This document shows positions 27,236-35,215 of a stretch of DNA of 39,065 bases, one piece after another; the first letter of the stretch is position 1; every line of letters starts with the position of its first letter. The notes below the pieces were generated by a model. The model saw only the letters and a list, made by a program, of their open reading frames with translations. It was not told the origin of the DNA and did no database searches. The stretch lies in assembly GCA_016926295.1 (NCBI GenBank), contig JAFGOX010000009.1, positions 1 through 39,065 of the forward strand. Reading direction: 5' to 3'. Source of the stretch: Candidatus Iainarchaeum sp. Its GTDB lineage: Archaea > Iainarchaeota > Iainarchaeia > JAFGOX01. A program made the translations under genes and the position numbers.

Positions 27236-27320
27236 CGTTACAAACCAAATGGATTGTAACACTTGCAATATAATTCAGTGAAAAGATAAGTAAAAGAGTA
27301 AAAACTCTCAAGGTGAATTA

Positions 27321-27722
27321 ATGGATGCAATGATTGAGATTGCAATCGTAGCAATGGCAGTATCATGTTTTTCTCTGTTACTGCAGAGAAAATTCATTGA
27401 CAAAAAAGGAATGAAAGAAGCACAAAAAAGAATGAAAGAAAAGCAAGCAGAAATGAAAAAACAAAACTTAACACCCGAACAGCAAATGGAAGCAATGAAA
27501 GATGACATGGAACAAATGATGACTGCAATGAAGGGAACAATGAAACACATGGTAGTTTTGATGATATTCATCCTGCCAGTATTCTGGTTCCTTGGTTCAA
27601 GATATGAGGAAACAACCATCCTGCTGGGAACATTCTCGCTCGGATGGATATGGTGGTATATTATTATATCCCTTATAACAGGAATAACACTTGATAAAGT
27701 TCTAGAAAAAATCTGGAGATAG
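27321..27722 (+). CDS. DUF106-family membrane protein (archaeal YidC/Oxa1-like, EMC3/TMCO1 superfamily), short form
   Basis: 133 aa. TM1 IEIAIVAMAVSCFSLLL, a charged coiled-coil segment (KKGMKEAQKRMKEKQAEMKK...EQMMTAMKG), then two more hydrophobic helices. It occupies the same genomic slot as M. jannaschii Mj0480 in other archaea (after secY/adk, before L34e/cmk). AGGTGA lies 5 nt before the ATG. Confidence 0.7.
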   Translation: MDAMIEIAIVAMAVSCFSLLLQRKFIDKKGMKEAQKRMKEKQAEMKKQNLTPEQQMEAMKDDMEQMMTAMKGTMKHMVVLMIFILPVFWFLGSRYEETTILLGTFSLGWIWWYIIISLITGITLDKVLEKIWR

Positions 27723-27727
27723 ATAAC

Positions 27728-28066
27728 ATGGTACAAAGATTCTTGAGAACAAGAAGTAAGAAAAAGGTGCAAAAGCGTGCATCAAAAGAGACAAGACTAA
27801 AATTCAAAGCGAAAAAGGTTAGTCCGGCCCATTGCGCAGCATGCTCAGGAATTCTTGCCGGAGTTCCAAGAAAAGACAAAGCAGAACTCAAGAAATTAGC
27901 AAAAACAAAAAGAAGACCACAAGTACCATTCGGAGGTCATCTATGTGCATCATGCAGGAAAACAGTGTTCGAAGAAGCAGCCATGGTAAGCTCAGGAACA
28001 AAAGAAATTGAAAGCGTAAGGTACAAACTATTGCCTTATGTTGAAACAGTATTGAAGAAATTGTGA
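27728..28066 (+). CDS. rpl34e: 50S ribosomal protein L34e
   Basis: 112 aa. Basic N-terminus RTRSKKKV and a zinc-ribbon-like C..C / C..C pattern (AHCAACSG...HLCASCRK). Confidence 0.88.
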   Translation: MVQRFLRTRSKKKVQKRASKETRLKFKAKKVSPAHCAACSGILAGVPRKDKAELKKLAKTKRRPQVPFGGHLCASCRKTVFEEAAMVSSGTKEIESVRYKLLPYVETVLKKL

Positions 28067-28070
28067 TTTA

Positions 28071-28601
28071 ATGATTATTACACTTTCAGGTCCGCCTGGC
28101 AGTGGAGCCACTACAACTGCAAAGAACATAGCAATAAACATGAGCACAGATTATTACTCCGCAGCAACAACATTTCACAAAATTGCACAGGAAAGGAAAT
28201 TGACGCCTGATGAACTCAGGTTATTAATGCTCACAGAACCAACAATAGATTATGAGATTGACAAGGAACAATTGGAAACAATAAAGAAGACAAAAAATAT
28301 CGTGGTAGACTCAAAGCTCGGAGCATGGAAAATAGATACCCCAAATGTCTTGAGGGTTTATTTACATGCACCAGAAAGAATACGTGCAAAGAGAATATCA
28401 CAAAAGCTCAAGATACCGGTATCAGATGCCTTAGCAAAAATGGAAAAAAAGGAAAAACAAGACGCCAAACGCTTCATGGCATGGTATGGTATCAATATTG
28501 AGGACGTATCAATATACGACCTCATAATAAACACTGAGAAATGGGATCCTGACGGAACCCTTTTCATAATAACAAAAGCAGTACAGAGAATGACAAAGTG
28601 A
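28071..28601 (+). CDS. cmk: Cytidylate kinase (archaeal type)
   Basis: 176 aa. P-loop IITLSGPPGSGATTTAK. Conserved position between L34e and L14e. Confidence 0.8.
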   Translation: MIITLSGPPGSGATTTAKNIAINMSTDYYSAATTFHKIAQERKLTPDELRLLMLTEPTIDYEIDKEQLETIKKTKNIVVDSKLGAWKIDTPNVLRVYLHAPERIRAKRISQKLKIPVSDALAKMEKKEKQDAKRFMAWYGINIEDVSIYDLIINTEKWDPDGTLFIITKAVQRMTK

Positions 28602-28605
28602 TAAC

Positions 28606-28830
28606 ATGGGTGCATACGACATAGGAAGAATTTGCCTGAAAACCGCTGGCAGACACGCCGGCAAAAAGGTAGTGATAGTTAGCGAACTTGAGGAAAACAA
28701 ATTCGTTACAATAGATGGAAAAGGAATTAAAAGAAAAAGGTGCAATGTTGCACACCTTGAACCATTGAATGAAACGCTAAATGTAACAAAATCAACAAGT
28801 CATGATGAAATTACAAAGATGATGAAGTGA
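28606..28830 (+). CDS. rpl14e: 50S ribosomal protein L14e
   Basis: 74 aa. KOW-like IGRICLKTAGRHAGKKVVIV and RKRCNVAHLEP. Confidence 0.85.
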   Translation: MGAYDIGRICLKTAGRHAGKKVVIVSELEENKFVTIDGKGIKRKRCNVAHLEPLNETLNVTKSTSHDEITKMMK

Positions 28831-28834
28831 TAAT

Positions 28835-29314
28835 ATGTCAGAAGAACAAGTAAGAGGTATTATTAGAATTGCCGGCAAAGATATGCCCGGACAAAAACCA
28901 TTAGTTAATGCCCTTTGTGGAATAAAAGGCGTGGGAATAAGGTTTGCAAGAAACGTAGCATACCAGTTCCAAAAAGAAACAAACACTCCCTATAATTCCA
29001 AGGTCGGTTCATTAACTAAAGAACAGTTAACACAAATAGAAGAGATATTAACTAAGTCAAAAGATCACCGTTTGCCAACATGGTCCTTAAACTCACAGAA
29101 AGAGTTTGAAACCGGAGAAGACAAGCAATTGATTATGGCAGAATTACAGTTAAACAAAAGAGTTACACTAAAGAGACTTGCAGACATGAAATCATACCGT
29201 GGTCTAAGACTTCAATGGGGCCTTACAGTAAGAGGCCAGCACACAAGATCAACAGGAAGAAAAGCAGGAAAGAAAGCAAGATACAAAAGCAAAAAGAAAA
29301 TTAAGAAGCAGTGA
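28835..29314 (+). CDS. rps13: 30S ribosomal protein S13
   Basis: 159 aa. IIRIAGKDMPGQKPLVNALCGIKGVGIRFA and YRGLRLQWGLTVRGQHTRSTGR. Confidence 0.92.
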   Translation: MSEEQVRGIIRIAGKDMPGQKPLVNALCGIKGVGIRFARNVAYQFQKETNTPYNSKVGSLTKEQLTQIEEILTKSKDHRLPTWSLNSQKEFETGEDKQLIMAELQLNKRVTLKRLADMKSYRGLRLQWGLTVRGQHTRSTGRKAGKKARYKSKKKIKKQ

Positions 29315-29319
29315 TAATC

Positions 29320-29889
29320 ATGGGTGGAACTAAAAAGCTAAGATCAACATATTCAAGACCAAGAAGGCCTTGGGACAAGCAAAGGATTACTGAAGAAAAC
29401 CAAATCAAAAGAGGTTACGGTCTAAAGAATAAAAAGGAAATCTGGAAAGCAAAGGATTATTTGAATAAAGTTCGCTCAACAGCAAGAGTTCTTTTAGCTC
29501 AAGCTTCAGATGAGAGAGAATTCAGGGAAAAAGAATTACTTGAAAGTTTAAAGAGAAGAAACATTCTAAAATCCGAAGGAACTCTTGACGATGTTCTTTC
29601 ACTTAAGGTTGAAGATGTTCTTGAAAGAAGGCTTCAAACCCAGATATGGAAAACAGGAATGGCCTCAACTCCGCAACAGGCAAGGCAATTCTTAGTGCAT
29701 GGACACATTCTTCTGAATGACAGGAAAGTAACAAGACCAAGCCAGCTTTTATTCAAAGGTGAAGAATCACAGCTTAAGTTCAAAGGAAACCCGCTTTTCC
29801 TTGCAAAACCAAAAGAGATGCCTAAAAAAGAGGCGCAAATGCCAAAAGCAGAAGAAATCCTTGAAGAAGAGGTGAAACAGGATGGCTAA
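29320..29889 (+). CDS. rps4: 30S ribosomal protein S4
   Basis: YSRPRRPWDKQRI and the S4 RNA-binding domain RLQTQIWKTGMASTPQQARQFLVHGHILLNDRKV. ATG at 29320; the ORF track starts at the GTG at 29311 overlapping the S13 stop. Confidence 0.92.
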   Translation: MGGTKKLRSTYSRPRRPWDKQRITEENQIKRGYGLKNKKEIWKAKDYLNKVRSTARVLLAQASDEREFREKELLESLKRRNILKSEGTLDDVLSLKVEDVLERRLQTQIWKTGMASTPQQARQFLVHGHILLNDRKVTRPSQLLFKGEESQLKFKGNPLFLAKPKEMPKKEAQMPKAEEILEEEVKQDG

Positions 29890-30277
29890 AGACGGAATAA
29901 CTGGAATACTTCATATTTACACTTCAAAAAACAACACTCACGTCCACTTGACAGACATAACCGGTGCAGAAACATTATCTAACGCATCATGCGGTCACGT
30001 AGTAAAGAGAGGCGCAGAAGAGAAAAAGCCTTGGGCAGCAATGAAAACAGCAGAAAAAGTAGTTGACGAGGCCCTAAACAAAGGAATAACCTCTGTGCAT
30101 GTAAGAATACGCGCACCAGGAGGAATCAAGTCAAAGATTTCAAACACCCCTGGTTCAAACACAGTTATCAGAACTGTATCAAGATCTCCAATTAGAATAC
30201 TTAGTATTGAAGATGTAACCCCAATACCGCATGATGGATGCAAGTCCAAAGGCGGAAGAAGGGGAAGAAGGCCATAG
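29882..30277 (+). CDS. rps11: 30S ribosomal protein S11
   Basis: 131 aa. GILHIYTSKNNTHVHLTDITGAE and IEDVTPIPHDGCKSKGGRRGRR. 8-nt overlap with rps4. Confidence 0.93.
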   Translation: MAKDGITGILHIYTSKNNTHVHLTDITGAETLSNASCGHVVKRGAEEKKPWAAMKTAEKVVDEALNKGITSVHVRIRAPGGIKSKISNTPGSNTVIRTVSRSPIRILSIEDVTPIPHDGCKSKGGRRGRRP

Positions 30278-30285
30278 GTGAGTTA

Positions 30286-31044
30286 ATGTCAATTAATATA
30301 AAAGTGCTTGAAGACACACCAACTACTTTCAGATTCGTCTGGGACGGAGTTGGTCCAAAAGTTGCAAATGTTATCAGACGCATTGCATTGGGAGATGTAT
30401 TGACCTTAGCAATAGAAACAGTAAGCATCTACGAAAACTCTTCAGTTTTCTTTGATGAATACATCGCACACAGATTGGGCTTAATACCAATCAAAACCGG
30501 AAAGGGTTTCAAAAGAGGAGACACAGTAAAGTTCAGCCTCGACAAAGAAGGCCCCGGAACGGTTTATTCAGGAGATTTGATGTCCTCTGAAAAAAAAGCA
30601 GAGGTTATGGACAAAAAAATTCCAATAATCATACTCAAAGAAGGGCAAAAGCTTAGGATTGAAGCAGAAGCATTGATGGGAGACGCAAACCACCACGCAA
30701 AATGGCAACCCGGGCTTATAACATACCAGGCTTACCCCGTACTGAAAATAGACAAAGACAAAGGAATAACCAAAGACTGCGAAGAAGCATGCCCTGTAAA
30801 CATCCTTGAAAAGGGAAAGAAAAGCATTTCAACAGAGAATCTTGAAAAATGCACTCTTTGCAATGCCTGCAGAGACGCCAGCAAAAACGGAGAAGTTGAA
30901 GCATCACCTTCAGACGACAAGGTAATATTCTACGTAGAATCCTACGGACAGATTCCGCCAAGAGAAATATTAGTCCAGGCAACAGAAATGCTTGATGAAA
31001 AAGCCAAGAAATTTTTAGATCAGTTAAAGAAAAAGGTGAAATAA
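30286..31044 (+). CDS. rpoD: DNA-directed RNA polymerase subunit D
   Basis: 252 aa from the ATG at 30286, after TAGGTGAGTTA. IKVLEDTPTTFRF..., ANVIRRIAL and HRLGLIPI (alpha/Rpb3-like), plus a ferredoxin-like Cys cluster CEEACPV...CTLCNACRD. The ORF-track start at 30238 lies inside rps11. Confidence 0.9.
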   Translation: MSINIKVLEDTPTTFRFVWDGVGPKVANVIRRIALGDVLTLAIETVSIYENSSVFFDEYIAHRLGLIPIKTGKGFKRGDTVKFSLDKEGPGTVYSGDLMSSEKKAEVMDKKIPIIILKEGQKLRIEAEALMGDANHHAKWQPGLITYQAYPVLKIDKDKGITKDCEEACPVNILEKGKKSISTENLEKCTLCNACRDASKNGEVEASPSDDKVIFYVESYGQIPPREILVQATEMLDEKAKKFLDQLKKKVK

Positions 31045-31045
31045 A

Positions 31046-31411
31046 ATGTCATTTAACGTAAGAGCAAGTAATCCGGAAGTACGCGGCATGATAGTTGAGA
31101 TGGAAAAACTATCAAAGAAAGAAAAAAGTAGCTTTTGGAAAAACGTTGCTGTGCTCTTAAACAAACCAAGAGTTAACAAACCCCAGATAAATCTCTGGAA
31201 ACTTGACAAACACGTAAAGGACGGAGATGTGGTAATAGTTCCGGGAAAAATACTTGGTTACGGGCAATTTAGCAAAAAGGTAACTGTAAGTGCGTTCAGA
31301 ACAAGTGAATCCGCACAAAAGAAATTAAAGGAAGCCGGAAGCAAAGTTCTCACTTTAACTGAATTAATGAATGAAAACCCAAAAGGAAAGGGAATAAAGA
31401 TAATAAGGTGA
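31046..31411 (+). CDS. rpl18e: 50S ribosomal protein L18e
   Basis: 121 aa. FWKNVAVLLNKPRVNKPQINLWKL and VVIVPGKILG. Canonical slot after rpoD. Confidence 0.88.
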   Translation: MSFNVRASNPEVRGMIVEMEKLSKKEKSSFWKNVAVLLNKPRVNKPQINLWKLDKHVKDGDVVIVPGKILGYGQFSKKVTVSAFRTSESAQKKLKEAGSKVLTLTELMNENPKGKGIKIIR

Positions 31412-31415
31412 AGAC

Positions 31416-31841
31416 ATGACAGTCATAGATGGAAGCGGAGCAGTACTTGGAAGACTTGCAACAAACGTTGCAAAAAGAACGCTGAAAGGCGAGTATGTTG
31501 ACATAGTAAACGCCCGCGAAATCATAATAATCGGAAAAAAGGAAATGATATTCAAAAAGTACAAAGAAAAAAGAAGGGACATTAGCTGTGCAGTAAACCC
31601 CTACAGAGGAATGCATTTCCCAAGAACTCCGGAAGGCATAGTAAAGTGGTCATTAAGGGGCATGGTAGGGCACAAAAGCGCACGCGGAAGAAAAGCAATG
31701 AAATGCCTTAAAGTCCACAGAGGCATACCAGAATCGCTATCAAAATCAAAAGCCATCAAAATAAACGATGCAGTAAAAAAACCAGACAAAGCATACGTAA
31801 CAATTGATGAATTAAGCAAATTCCTTGGATTCAAAGGGTGA
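31416..31841 (+). CDS. rpl13: 50S ribosomal protein L13
   Basis: 141 aa. VIDGSGAVLGRLATNVAKRTLKGEYVDIVNA. Confidence 0.92.
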   Translation: MTVIDGSGAVLGRLATNVAKRTLKGEYVDIVNAREIIIIGKKEMIFKKYKEKRRDISCAVNPYRGMHFPRTPEGIVKWSLRGMVGHKSARGRKAMKCLKVHRGIPESLSKSKAIKINDAVKKPDKAYVTIDELSKFLGFKG

Positions 31842-31845
31842 ATGA

Positions 31846-32346
31846 ATGACAGAAGAGACTCCAAAATTAGAAGAAATTGCAACTGTAGAAAAGGCAGTAG
31901 AAGAAAAGACTAAAACCGATACAAAAAAAAGAAAAACAAGAAAAAAGAGCAAGGCAATAACAACAAAAGCAAAGAAGAAAAAGGCAGTGGCAAGAGCCGT
32001 TGTTAAACCAGGAAAGGGAAGAATCAGAGTAAACTCGGTTCCAGTAGAACTTCAAGAACCAGAATTCAGAAGGATGCTGTTAATGGAGCCGGTGTATTTA
32101 GTTCCAAATGCATTTGAAAACGTAGATATCAGTGTAACAGTTAATGGCGGAGGAACAATGGGGCAAAGTGTTGCCATAAGGGGCGCAATAGCCAAAGCAA
32201 TTGTTGCATTTACAAAAGACGATAAAATTAAACAAAAGTTCCTTGAATACAATAGAAATCTTTTGATTGACGACAGTAGAAGGAAAGAGGCTAAGAAACC
32301 GCTTGGCCGCGGTGCACGTGCTAAGAAGCAATTATCCAAGAGGTGA
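31846..32346 (+). CDS. rps9: 30S ribosomal protein S9 with Lys/Glu-rich N-terminal extension
   Basis: 166 aa. Core KKAVARAVVKPGKGRIRVN ... DSRRKEAKKPLGRGARAKKQLSKR, preceded by ~36 aa of low-complexity KE/T-rich sequence. Confidence 0.92.
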   Translation: MTEETPKLEEIATVEKAVEEKTKTDTKKRKTRKKSKAITTKAKKKKAVARAVVKPGKGRIRVNSVPVELQEPEFRRMLLMEPVYLVPNAFENVDISVTVNGGGTMGQSVAIRGAIAKAIVAFTKDDKIKQKFLEYNRNLLIDDSRRKEAKKPLGRGARAKKQLSKR

Positions 32347-32353
32347 ATGCTCA

Positions 32354-32551
32354 ATGTTAATACCAATAAGATGCTTCTCTTGTGGGAAGCCATTAGGTGA
32401 AGAATACGAGAAATACAAGGAACTCGTAAAAGAAGGAAAAAAACCAATCGAGGCCCTTAAAGAAATAGGAATCAAAAGATATTGTTGCAAAAGGATGCTC
32501 TTCACACAAGTGGACACCGCAGAGCAAGTAATACAATACGAGAAATATTAG
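32354..32551 (+). CDS. rpoN: DNA-directed RNA polymerase subunit N (Rpb10 homologue)
   Basis: 65 aa from the ATG at 32354. MLIPIRCFSCGKPLG...RYCCKRM zinc motif. The ORF-track start at 32267 lies inside rps9. Confidence 0.9.
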   Translation: MLIPIRCFSCGKPLGEEYEKYKELVKEGKKPIEALKEIGIKRYCCKRMLFTQVDTAEQVIQYEKY

Positions 32552-32566
32552 TACGGAGGTCATGTC

Positions 32567-33751
32567 TTGGCTAAAACCGATATAAAGGACATACAACTCC
32601 GAGTAGTGTTTACAGGAAAAGGAACAAAAACAATAGAAGCTGAGGTAATATCAGCTAATGGGCGAGGGCGCGCTGTTGCACCCTCAGGTACGAGCGCAGG
32701 AAGTCATGAGGCTTTAGCATTTCCAAGCAAACCAGAGCAGCTTGTAAAAAGGGCGCAGGATGAATTAATTCCTGAACTCTTGGGGCAGGATGCCACACAA
32801 CAAAAGAAAATAGACAACATAATATCAGTTGTTGATAACACAAAGAACTTCTCGCATATAGGCGGGTCAGTTGCAATAGCAATATCAACAGCAGCTCTGA
32901 AATGCGCGGCAAGTTGCTATGGGAAAGAGTTATTCCAATATCTCAACCCAAAAGCAAAATCAATTCCAAAACCGTTGGGAAAAGTATTCGGCGGAGGAAC
33001 ACACACTTTGCTGACAACCTCAGATATTCAGGAAATACTTGTGCTTCCAAAAAAGAATAATGCAAAAGCAAACATAGAAATAATGCAAAATATACAATCA
33101 GACTTTGGTGCATATCTAAAAAATAAAAAAATATTTGCAGGACGGGACTTGGAAGGCGGATGGACAGCAGAAATGTCCTCAGAGCAGGTTTTGGATATTG
33201 TAAAGAAGCTGGCTGACAAACACGGGGCAAATATTGGCCTTGATATTGCGGCAAGTGAATTTTACAAAAACAACAAATACAGATACATTGACGGAAGGAA
33301 CCTTAACGCAGAAGAGCAAAAAGAATACGTGAAAAAGCTTATCAGCAAATACAAGATAAAATATGTTGAAGACCCTTTTCATGAAGATGACTTCGAAAGT
33401 TTTGCTGCGCTCACAAAAGAAGCTAAAGGCTGCATAATATGCGGAGACGATCTATTCACAACAAACCCTTACATACTGCAAAAGGGAATAGGAATGAAGG
33501 CAGCCAATGCGATAATAATCAAACCAAACCAGATAGGAACAATCACAGAAACATTACGAACCGTTGAAATTGCGAAGAGACAAAATTACCAAATTGTGTT
33601 CTCGCACCGCTCAGGAGACACATGTGATACGGCGATATCACAGCTCGCGGTGGGAACAGAAGCACAAATAATAAAATGTGGAATAATCGGAGGCGAAAGG
33701 ACCTCAAAATTAAATGAACTCATAAGAATCGAGGAAACGCTCAAACATTAG
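32567..33751 (+). CDS. eno: Enolase (phosphopyruvate hydratase), short divergent form
   Basis: 394 aa. AVAPSGTSAGSHEA, IQEILVLP, LEGGW, LDIAASEFY, VEDPF, GDDLFTTN, IKPNQIGT and SHRSGDTCDT correspond to the enolase catalytic and metal motifs. TTG start 6 nt after GGAGGT. Conserved rpoN-eno-rps2 synteny. Confidence 0.88.
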   Translation: MAKTDIKDIQLRVVFTGKGTKTIEAEVISANGRGRAVAPSGTSAGSHEALAFPSKPEQLVKRAQDELIPELLGQDATQQKKIDNIISVVDNTKNFSHIGGSVAIAISTAALKCAASCYGKELFQYLNPKAKSIPKPLGKVFGGGTHTLLTTSDIQEILVLPKKNNAKANIEIMQNIQSDFGAYLKNKKIFAGRDLEGGWTAEMSSEQVLDIVKKLADKHGANIGLDIAASEFYKNNKYRYIDGRNLNAEEQKEYVKKLISKYKIKYVEDPFHEDDFESFAALTKEAKGCIICGDDLFTTNPYILQKGIGMKAANAIIIKPNQIGTITETLRTVEIAKRQNYQIVFSHRSGDTCDTAISQLAVGTEAQIIKCGIIGGERTSKLNELIRIEETLKH

Positions 33752-33759
33752 GTGATAAA

Positions 33760-34356
33760 ATGACAGAAGTTTTTCCAACAGAAAAATATCTTGAGATTGG
33801 TGCCCACTTAGGTACTGAACTTAAAACAGGATACATGAAGAAATTCATCTTCAAATCCAGAAAAGACGGACTCAAGGTATTGGATATTGAAACTGTGGAC
33901 AAAAGGTTAAAGGCTGCGGCAATATTGCTCGCACAATACAAACCAAGCGAGATATGCCTAGTCGCAAGAAGAAGTTATGGTCAAAGACCAGTAAAGAAAG
34001 CGGCAAAAATTATTGGTGCTGAATCAGTTACCGGAAGATTCCTTCCTGGTTTATTTACAAATCCAATTGGCAAAGAGTTTATCGAGCCGAAAATAATACT
34101 TATTGTTGATCCGCAAGTTGACAAACAGGCAATAAAAGAAGCAGTAAGTCGCGGAATACCAATTATCGCTTTGGCAACAACAATGAACAAGGTACAATTT
34201 GTAGATTTAGTCGTCCCAATAAACAACCGTGGTAAAAAGGCCCTTGCACTTGCAATGATGGGCATAACAAAGGAAATACTAAAAGCACGCGGAGAATTAA
34301 AGAGCGACGAAGACTTCAAATACAAAATAGAAGATTTCGAATATACAAGAAAGTAG
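33760..34356 (+). CDS. rps2: 30S ribosomal protein S2
   Basis: 198 aa. YLEIGAHLGT..., DGLKVLDIETV and IVDPQVDKQAIKEAVSRGIPIIAL. Confidence 0.92.
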   Translation: MTEVFPTEKYLEIGAHLGTELKTGYMKKFIFKSRKDGLKVLDIETVDKRLKAAAILLAQYKPSEICLVARRSYGQRPVKKAAKIIGAESVTGRFLPGLFTNPIGKEFIEPKIILIVDPQVDKQAIKEAVSRGIPIIALATTMNKVQFVDLVVPINNRGKKALALAMMGITKEILKARGELKSDEDFKYKIEDFEYTRK

Positions 34357-34361
34357 GTACT

Positions 34362-35186
34362 ATGATAAGACAAGCAATTGTGGCTGGTCAATTCTATCCT
34401 GCAAAAAAGGACGAATTGATAGCAATGCTTGACAAACTTACTTCTAATTTTGAACCCGAACCAAGCAAAGACAGATTAGCTGGTTTGGTTGTGCCCCATG
34501 CGGGCTATATTTATTCCGGGGCAGTGGCAGCTAAAGCCTTCAAAACCCTTAGCTCAGAAAGATGCCCTGAAACTGTGGTTATCCTGGGCCCAAACCATAC
34601 GGGCATGGGCTCAATGGTGTCTGCTTACCCTTTGGGCTATTGGAAAACACCCCTCGGAAATGCTAAGGTGGATGAGGATTTTTCAACATATTTGAAGAAA
34701 AACTGCTCAATTATGGACACTAACGTGGCGTCTCATGATGCCGAACACTCAATTGAGGTTCAAATCCCTTTTCTGCAGTACCTATGCGATGATTTCAAGA
34801 TAGTTCCGATAAGCATGAGCCTGCAGGACTACCAGACAGCCACAGAAGTAGCCAATGCTATTTATGATGCCAAAGAGGACCTGAACAGAGACATTATAGT
34901 AATAGCAAGCAGCGATTTCTCCCATTATATACCCCATGAAAAAGCCCAGAAAATAGACAAAGAGCTTATTCAGCTAATCCTTAATTTCAAATCCAAGGAA
35001 TTATTGGATACTATTCATAAGAACAGTTACACGCCTTGCGGTTGCGGACCTGTGGCCACAATGCTGGAATACTGCAAATTAGAGAAATGCAAACACGCAA
35101 ACCTGATTGACTACAAAACATCCGGGGATATAACCGGTGACAAAAACGCAGTTGTGGGTTATGCGGCAATAGAAGTCAGAAAATAG
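34362..35186 (+). CDS. MEMO1-family protein (AmmeMemoRadiSam system protein B-like)
   Basis: 274 aa. RQAIVAGQFYP, VVPHAGYIYSG, HDAEHSIEVQIPFLQY, SSDFSHY and YTPCGCGP correspond to Memo-family metal-ligand motifs. The position after rps2 is common in archaea. Confidence 0.8.
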   Translation: MIRQAIVAGQFYPAKKDELIAMLDKLTSNFEPEPSKDRLAGLVVPHAGYIYSGAVAAKAFKTLSSERCPETVVILGPNHTGMGSMVSAYPLGYWKTPLGNAKVDEDFSTYLKKNCSIMDTNVASHDAEHSIEVQIPFLQYLCDDFKIVPISMSLQDYQTATEVANAIYDAKEDLNRDIIVIASSDFSHYIPHEKAQKIDKELIQLILNFKSKELLDTIHKNSYTPCGCGPVATMLEYCKLEKCKHANLIDYKTSGDITGDKNAVVGYAAIEVRK

Positions 35187-35215
35187 TTAATTGACGAACG
35201 GCTTCGTTTAAATTA
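35186..35215 (+). terminator. Imperfect hairpin after the MEMO-family gene, separating it from the mevalonate operon
   Basis: TTAATT-g-ACGAA-cggc-TTCGT-tta-AATTAA starts at the last base of the TAG stop. An AT-rich stretch (attaaaataataaa) and AGGTGG precede the next ATG. Confidence 0.35.

Noticed and set aside
26932-27320. Degraded adk pseudogene in the gap
   Set aside because: Stop codons are frequent in all three + frames. I could see no remnant of a P-loop (GxxGxGK) or other adenylate kinase motif by eye. A sensitive translated search would be needed to exclude very old remnants.
30238-30285. N-terminal extensions implied by ORF-track starts for rpoD (30238). The same issue affects rps8 (21455), rpl6 (21852), rpoN (32267), rpl29 (17999), rps17 (18811), rps4e (20060), rpl18 (23276), rps4 (29311), tuf (8906) and rtcB (10976).
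   Set aside because: These starts fall inside the preceding gene or on the GTG of the GGTG SD-like motif itself. A downstream ATG 5-9 nt after GGTGA or AGTGA gives N-termini that match the family consensus.
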